The notes beneath the pieces are model-generated. The model did not search any database and had not been told where the DNA came from. It worked only from the letters and a program-made list of their open reading frames with translations. From assembly GCF_009914755.1 (NCBI RefSeq), contig NC_060943.1: 64,000 nt of DNA. One strand, 5' to 3'. This document shows positions 57,011 to 64,000 of the stretch, one piece after another. Both the position numbers and the translations under genes were made by a program. Source of the DNA: the human T2T-CHM13v2.0 reference genome, Homo sapiens. Position 1 is the stretch's first letter; the number at the start of each line of letters is the position of its first letter.

Positions 57011-58544
57011 GAGAGGAACTAGAGGGTGTGTGATCTGCATTGATACCGTGGCTGGCAGTGGTGTGCAACGGAGAGTTTGTGGGAGATGGGAGTGGAGACG
57101 TGGACATTTAAGTGGGATGCTCCTCCAAGCGGGTGACAGGATGGAAAAGGGGGTCCGCGTCAGGGATCAGTGTGTGGGACTGTGCCTATGATTATCAGCT
57201 GTGCGGTTGTGCACCCGGGGCTCTGTGTGAGTGTGGGAGCTGCTGTGTGTCTGGGACACAGCCCGAGTGCTGGATGGCTGTGGTTGAGCCGTGTTTGTTG
57301 CTGTGGTTGTCAATCTGGCTGTGGAGTGGTGTGTGTAAGGCTGTGTCTGAGGTTATAGAGGGAGGTTTTACATCGGCAAAATTGTGTGAAGAATGGTTGT
57401 GGTTGTCAGGATGACTCTTGAACCTGTGTGGTTGTGAGTTCAACCATTTATGATGTTTGTGTGTGAGGTGTGAGAATAGGTATGGTGTGATATACACAAG
57501 CACACAGATTGGCCGGGTGCAGTGGCTCATACCTGTAATCTCAACACTTTGGGAGGCTGAGGCGGCGGGGATTGCTTGAACCCAGGAATCCTAGACTAGC
57601 CTGGGCAATATGGTGATACCCCGTCTCTACAAAAACAAAAATTAGCTGGGCATAGTTTAGTTTTTTAAAAATTAAAAAAAGGTTGGCTGGGCGCGGTAGC
57701 TCACGCCTGTAATCCCAGCACTTTGGGAGGCCAAGGGGGGAGCGGGTGGATCATTTGAGGTCAGGAGTTTGAGACCAGCCCGGCCAACATGGTGAAACCC
57801 CGTCTGTACTAAAAATACAAAAATTAGCCAGGTGTGGTGGCGGGCACCTGTAATTCCAGCTACTTGGGAGGGTGAGGGAGGAGAATCGCTTGAACCTGGG
57901 GAGGTGGAGATCGCAGTGAGCCAACATCATGCCATTGCACTCCAGTCTGGGCAACAGAGCGAGACTCAGTCTCAAAAAAATAAAATTAAATTTTTTAAAG
58001 GTTGATATATACATCACATATATACACATACATATATCTAGAGAGAGGGAGAGATCAATGACGATCAAGTCTGTGGTGCACAAAACGTACAGGACCCTTA
58101 CTGTATGTGATCGTGCATGTACAACATGTGCAAAAACCGCTGGGCTGCTTATGGTGGATGCAGTGGCTTGAGTGAAGTGTGCGAGAACGTGGCATCCCTC
58201 CACGCGTATTCACAGCTCTCTGTTCCGACAGTGGAGCTGAATCTGAGTACTTGTGTGTGCATGGCGTGTAGGTGTGGGAGTCCCTGCTGGCCAGGCCTGG
58301 AGTGGGAGGGAGAGGAAGTAGGGAAACTGGCGAGGGATCCATAGTGAATCTTGGGAGTGTGTGCATCTGGAGGTGCGTTGGGCACATTGTGGGGAGTTGG
58401 CTGCTTGGGAGCCATGTGAGTTCGGGGGACAGCGAGTGTCACGGTCAAGTGCAAGGAGATGGTCTGAATGTGAGTGATTTGGGGAGTGGGAGAGACAGAG
58501 TTAGTTTCTGCGTGGGTTGGCTTTTCTTTCTTTTTTTTAAATAA

Positions 58545-58706
<162 letters not shown>

Positions 58707-59445
58707 TAATTTTGTATTTTTAGTAGAGCCGGGGTTTCACCATGTTGGCCAGGCCAGTCTCAAACTCCTGACCTCAACTGATCCACCCACCTCGGCCTCC
58801 CAAAGTGCTGGGATTACAGGCGTGAGCCACCGCGCCCAGGCTTGGTTTTTATTTCTAAGAGAATATACCTGTGTGTTGGGAGTGTATACAGATTGTTTTT
58901 GAAAGAATAGTATATGTGTGTGCCTGAGTCAGTGTGTTGTCTTAGGTTGTATTTCTAAAAGGAAAATGTAAATGTTTTTACTGAGTTGTATATTTAATAG
59001 GAGAAAGTGAGTGCGTGTTCTAAGAGGAGAATGTATATTATGCTGTCCTTTCTTTCTTTCTTTTTTGACTGGGTCTTACTCTTTCACCCAGGCTGAGTGC
59101 AGTGGCACTATCATGGCTCACTGCAGCTTCAACCTCCTGGGTTCAAGCAATCCTTCTACCTCAGCCTCCAGGTACACCGTCACCACACCCAGCTAATTTT
59201 TTTATTTTTATTTTTGTAGGGATGGGGTCTCACTATGTTTCCCAGGCTGGTCTTGAACTCCTGGGCTCAAGTGATCCTCCTGCCTCAGCCAAAATCCCAA
59301 AGTGCTCGGAGTACAGGTGTGAGCCACCGCACCCGGCCTACATTGTGTTTCTAATGAGGGAGTGTGTGTGTGTGTGTGTGTGTGTGTGTAACTGTATTTC
59401 TGGGAGGGTGTGTGTGTGTACCGTCTTTTTTTTTTTTTTTTTTAA

Positions 59446-59839
<394 letters not shown>

Positions 59840-60753
59840 TGAGGTGTTTCTGAGGAGTGTGTTTGTGTGTATATGAGGACCCCAGAGGCACCACCAGCTA
59901 AGTTTCTGTGACCTTGTCACCCACATACAACCACATGAAGTCCCATAGAGGGGGGCCCCCACCCACTATGAGCTGGGCTTCAGACTCTCAGCTGTCACAT
60001 GGCCAGTGTGACATACCTGGACCACACCTATCACACGTGTGTCCCGACAGGCCCTGGGCTGGCTAAGCTTGTCCGATGGAGGAGGGCGGAGCCCCTGTTC
60101 CCCCAGGGTCCATCTGTTGCCTGGGAGCCAACACATGGTCCCATCCTCATTCCCCCCAACCTAGAGGCCTCCTGGGCTTCTGGGGGCCCTGGCCCCTCGG
60201 CCCTCTCCTCCCACCCCACCCACCCCCAGTGGTCTGACTGGTTCCCGACAAAAACACCCTAAGAATGAGCTCACGCAGAGGCTGCCGCCTCCACACGCCC
60301 CGCCTCACTCTGCCGGCAGAGGAGGGTGCCTCTGGTCCCAGGTCACACGGCCAACCGGGAGCTCTGGGCCAGGGGATCCAAGGGCCTTGGGGTGGGGAAG
60401 GCTGGCCAGGTGAGCTGAGGGCAGATGGGGGACCCCAGGCTAGCTGTTTGCTTTCTCTTGGTTAATTACACATAGGATTTGGGAACTGTCCTCAGGGCAG
60501 AACCCTGGGTTGGGAGGACAGACGAAGGTAGACAAGACTGTTCCAGATGAGAGCTGGCTGGGATGGGTGTGGAGACTGGGATGGAGAGGGTGTGGAGGCA
60601 GAGGGCTGGCCAGGATGGGTGGAGCAGGGAAGAGCCAGGATGGGGAGAAGTTAGGGGTCCTGATGGCCATTATGGGAATAGAGGCTGGGGGCCAACTGAC
60701 TGGCCCGGGCAATGATTCCCCAAACCCCTCACCATTGCTCCCCAGGAGCAGCA

Positions 60754-61011
60754 ATGTCTGTGCAGGTAGCGGCTCCTGGAAGTGCAGGGCTGGGCCCAGA
60801 GCGCCTGAGCCCTGAGGAGCTGGTGCGGCAGACGCGGCAAGTGGTCCAGGGGCTGGAGGCGCTGCGGGCAGAGCACCATGGCCTGGCTGGGCACCTGGCG
60901 GAGGCCCTGGCGGGACAGGGCCCGGCAGCCGGCTTGGAGATGCTGGAGGAAAAGCAGCAGGTGGTGAGCCACTCGCTGGAGGCCATCGAGCTGGGGCTGG
61001 GCGAGGCCCAG
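60754..61011 (+). CDS. KLC3: KLC3 first coding exon (exon begins 60746), [24 protein letters not shown]...LGEAQ
   Basis: ccag|GAGCAGCAATG acceptor and CAG|gtatga donor; kinesin light chain N-terminal heptad region. Confidence 0.95.
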
Positions 61012-61264
61012 GTATGAGGGGGCCAGGTGGGGAGCTGGGGGAAGGTCAGCTGAGGGCGGAGGGAGGGCCAGGCATGAGGGGGACAGGTATGTAGGGGACT
61101 GGGAGAGGGGTTCACTATTGCAGAGGGGCACACTTTGGGAGGCTGAGGTGGGCAGATCACTTGAGGTCAGGAGTTCAAGACCAGCCTGGCCAACATGGGA
61201 AAACCCCATCTCTACTAAAAATACAAAAAGTAGCTGGGCATGAGGGCTCCTGTAATCCCGGCTA

Positions 61265-61426
<162 letters not shown>

Positions 61427-61543
61427 CTAGGGGAACCAGGCCTGGGAAGGGGAGGCTCCAGGTCAGAGATGGAGTCCCTTGGCAGCTTTAGGGGGTCCTT
61501 GGGTGTGACAGGGACCCCTGAACCAGATGGCATTCTTCAGTAA

Positions 61544-62171
<628 letters not shown>

Positions 62172-62688
62172 ACAGAGCCCCCAGACCCACCAGAACTTCC
62201 ACAGACGCCCCCACTAGCTACTCCACGAAGCCCCCGAGCCTCGCCAGACCCCCAGGGGGCCTCTGACGCTCGTGACCACCACCTCCCTCAAACCTTGAGA
62301 TAGGCTGGGTGCGGTGGCTCACGCCTGTAATCCCAACACTTTGGGAGGCTGAGGCGAGCAGATCACCTGAGGTCCGGATTTCAAGACCAGCATGACCAAC
62401 ATGGAGAAACCCCGTCTCTACTAAAAATACAAAATTAGCCGGGTGTGGTGGCACATGCCTGTAATCCCAGCTACTCCGGAAGCTGAGGCAGGAGAATGGC
62501 TTGAACCCAGGAGGTGGAGGTTGCTGTGAGCCAAGATCGCACCATTGCACTCCAGCCTGTGCAACAAGCGAAACTCCGTCTCAAAAAAAAAAAAAAAACA
62601 AAAAAACAAAAACCTGAGATAGAGCCAGGGCCCCGGTCTCTGAAACAAGCCCCCACCACCCCGGCCCCCCACTTTCCTGTCTCTGCAG

Positions 62689-62758
62689 CAGTCTGAGTCC
62701 CCGCCTCGCCGAGACAGCCTGGCCTCCCTGTTCCCCAGCGAGGAGGAGGAGAGGAAAG
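62689..62758 (+). CDS. KLC3: KLC3 exon 4 (70 nt), [23 protein letters not shown]; LFP-acidic linker
   Basis: tgcag|CAG acceptor (NAGNAG) and G|gtgggt donor; LFP autoinhibition motif. Confidence 0.92.
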
Positions 62759-63028
62759 GTGGGTGTTGGGAGTACATGCCACAGAGGATGGCAGGCCAGG
62801 GTGGGGAGGGGGCTCTGAGCTGCAGGACCCCAAAATCTCTGAGCCAGGGGATGGGGAGGTGAGGGCAGGGTGAGGAGGACCCTGAATGTGACAGTGCAGG
62901 TGAGGCTGGGAGCCACGAAGACAGGGTAGCCGCTATGAGCCTGGCAGGCCCCGTATTCACATCCCACAGGGCAGGTGGGCTGCCGTGTTCCTGTCCCGAG
63001 GCCAGGATGCATCCCACCAGCTGGTTAG

Positions 63029-63403
<375 letters not shown>

Positions 63404-63887
63404 TGAGCACTGCGGCCAGCCATGGCTGGGGGCAGGAACGGCAGGGACCCATTGGGTGCAAGTGGAAGGATCCTGGTGCCCCCTCTGTCACCATGGAGCA
63501 CCTAGGGAGGTCAGGGGAGGGGACAGCAAGAATGGGAAAGGAAGGGAAGGCTCCTGCTGTGAGAACGGCAAAGAGGGAGTGGGACAGGGATCTGGGGGGG
63601 CCACTGAGCCAGGCAGAGAGGAGTCAGAGAGCACGGACACCAGGGACCCCAACAGAGCAGGCAGGAGACCTGGGGTGGCTAGAAGCTTGGCAGAGGTCTG
63701 GGGGTACAGGGCCCAGTGTTAGAGAATTGCGAAATATGGAGGGGCCCACAAAAGGCCCTCAAAGGGTGTGCCACCCATGCTTGGTTCAGCCAGGTTCCCT
63801 GGGCCTGTCAGGATTGGCCCAGCCCCTGTGGCTGCAGCTGCCCCAACCCTTGGCTAACCCCCTCCATTCCTGGGGCGCCCCCCACAG

Positions 63888-63975
63888 GGACCAGAACAAG
63901 TACAAAGAAGCCACAGACCTTCTCCATGATGCCCTGCAGATCCGGGAGCAGACGCTGGGCCCTGAGCACCCCGCG
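63888..63975 (+). CDS. KLC3: KLC3 exon 6 (88 nt), DQNKYKEATDLLHDALQIREQTLGPEHPA; the gene continues beyond the window
   Basis: acag|G acceptor and GCG|gtgagt donor; TPR repeat. Confidence 0.95.
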
Positions 63976-64000
63976 GTGAGTGGGGCCCCAGGGAGACGAA

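Overview
Human (primate) genomic DNA, recognisably the chr19q13.3 MARK4-CKM-KLC3 region. From left to right it holds: (1) the last coding exons and 3' UTR of MARK4 (+), including the 80-nt cassette exon that switches between the MARK4L and MARK4S C-termini; (2) the complete 8-exon muscle creatine kinase gene CKM (-), convergent with MARK4, with its TATA promoter, classical upstream MCK enhancer and intron-1 enhancer; (3) an Alu-saturated intergenic interval containing a processed RPS16 pseudogene, a solo LTR and a strong CTCF motif; (4) the CpG-island promoter and first six exons of KLC3 (+), divergent from CKM. Exon boundaries were read from GT/AG sites and checked by frame continuity; CKM totals 1146 nt = 381 aa + stop. 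Most ORFs in the track are Alu-derived or antisense artefacts. I see no new multi-gene system. The best unexplained signals are a ~450-bp quasi-palindromic 10-bp-periodic array in a MARK4 intron, a candidate alternative KLC3 exon that is in frame with the known start, a CTCF motif between the CKM enhancer and KLC3, and a palindromic two-way poly(A) signal between the convergent genes. Repeat-family names and exon numbers are from recall, not a database search.
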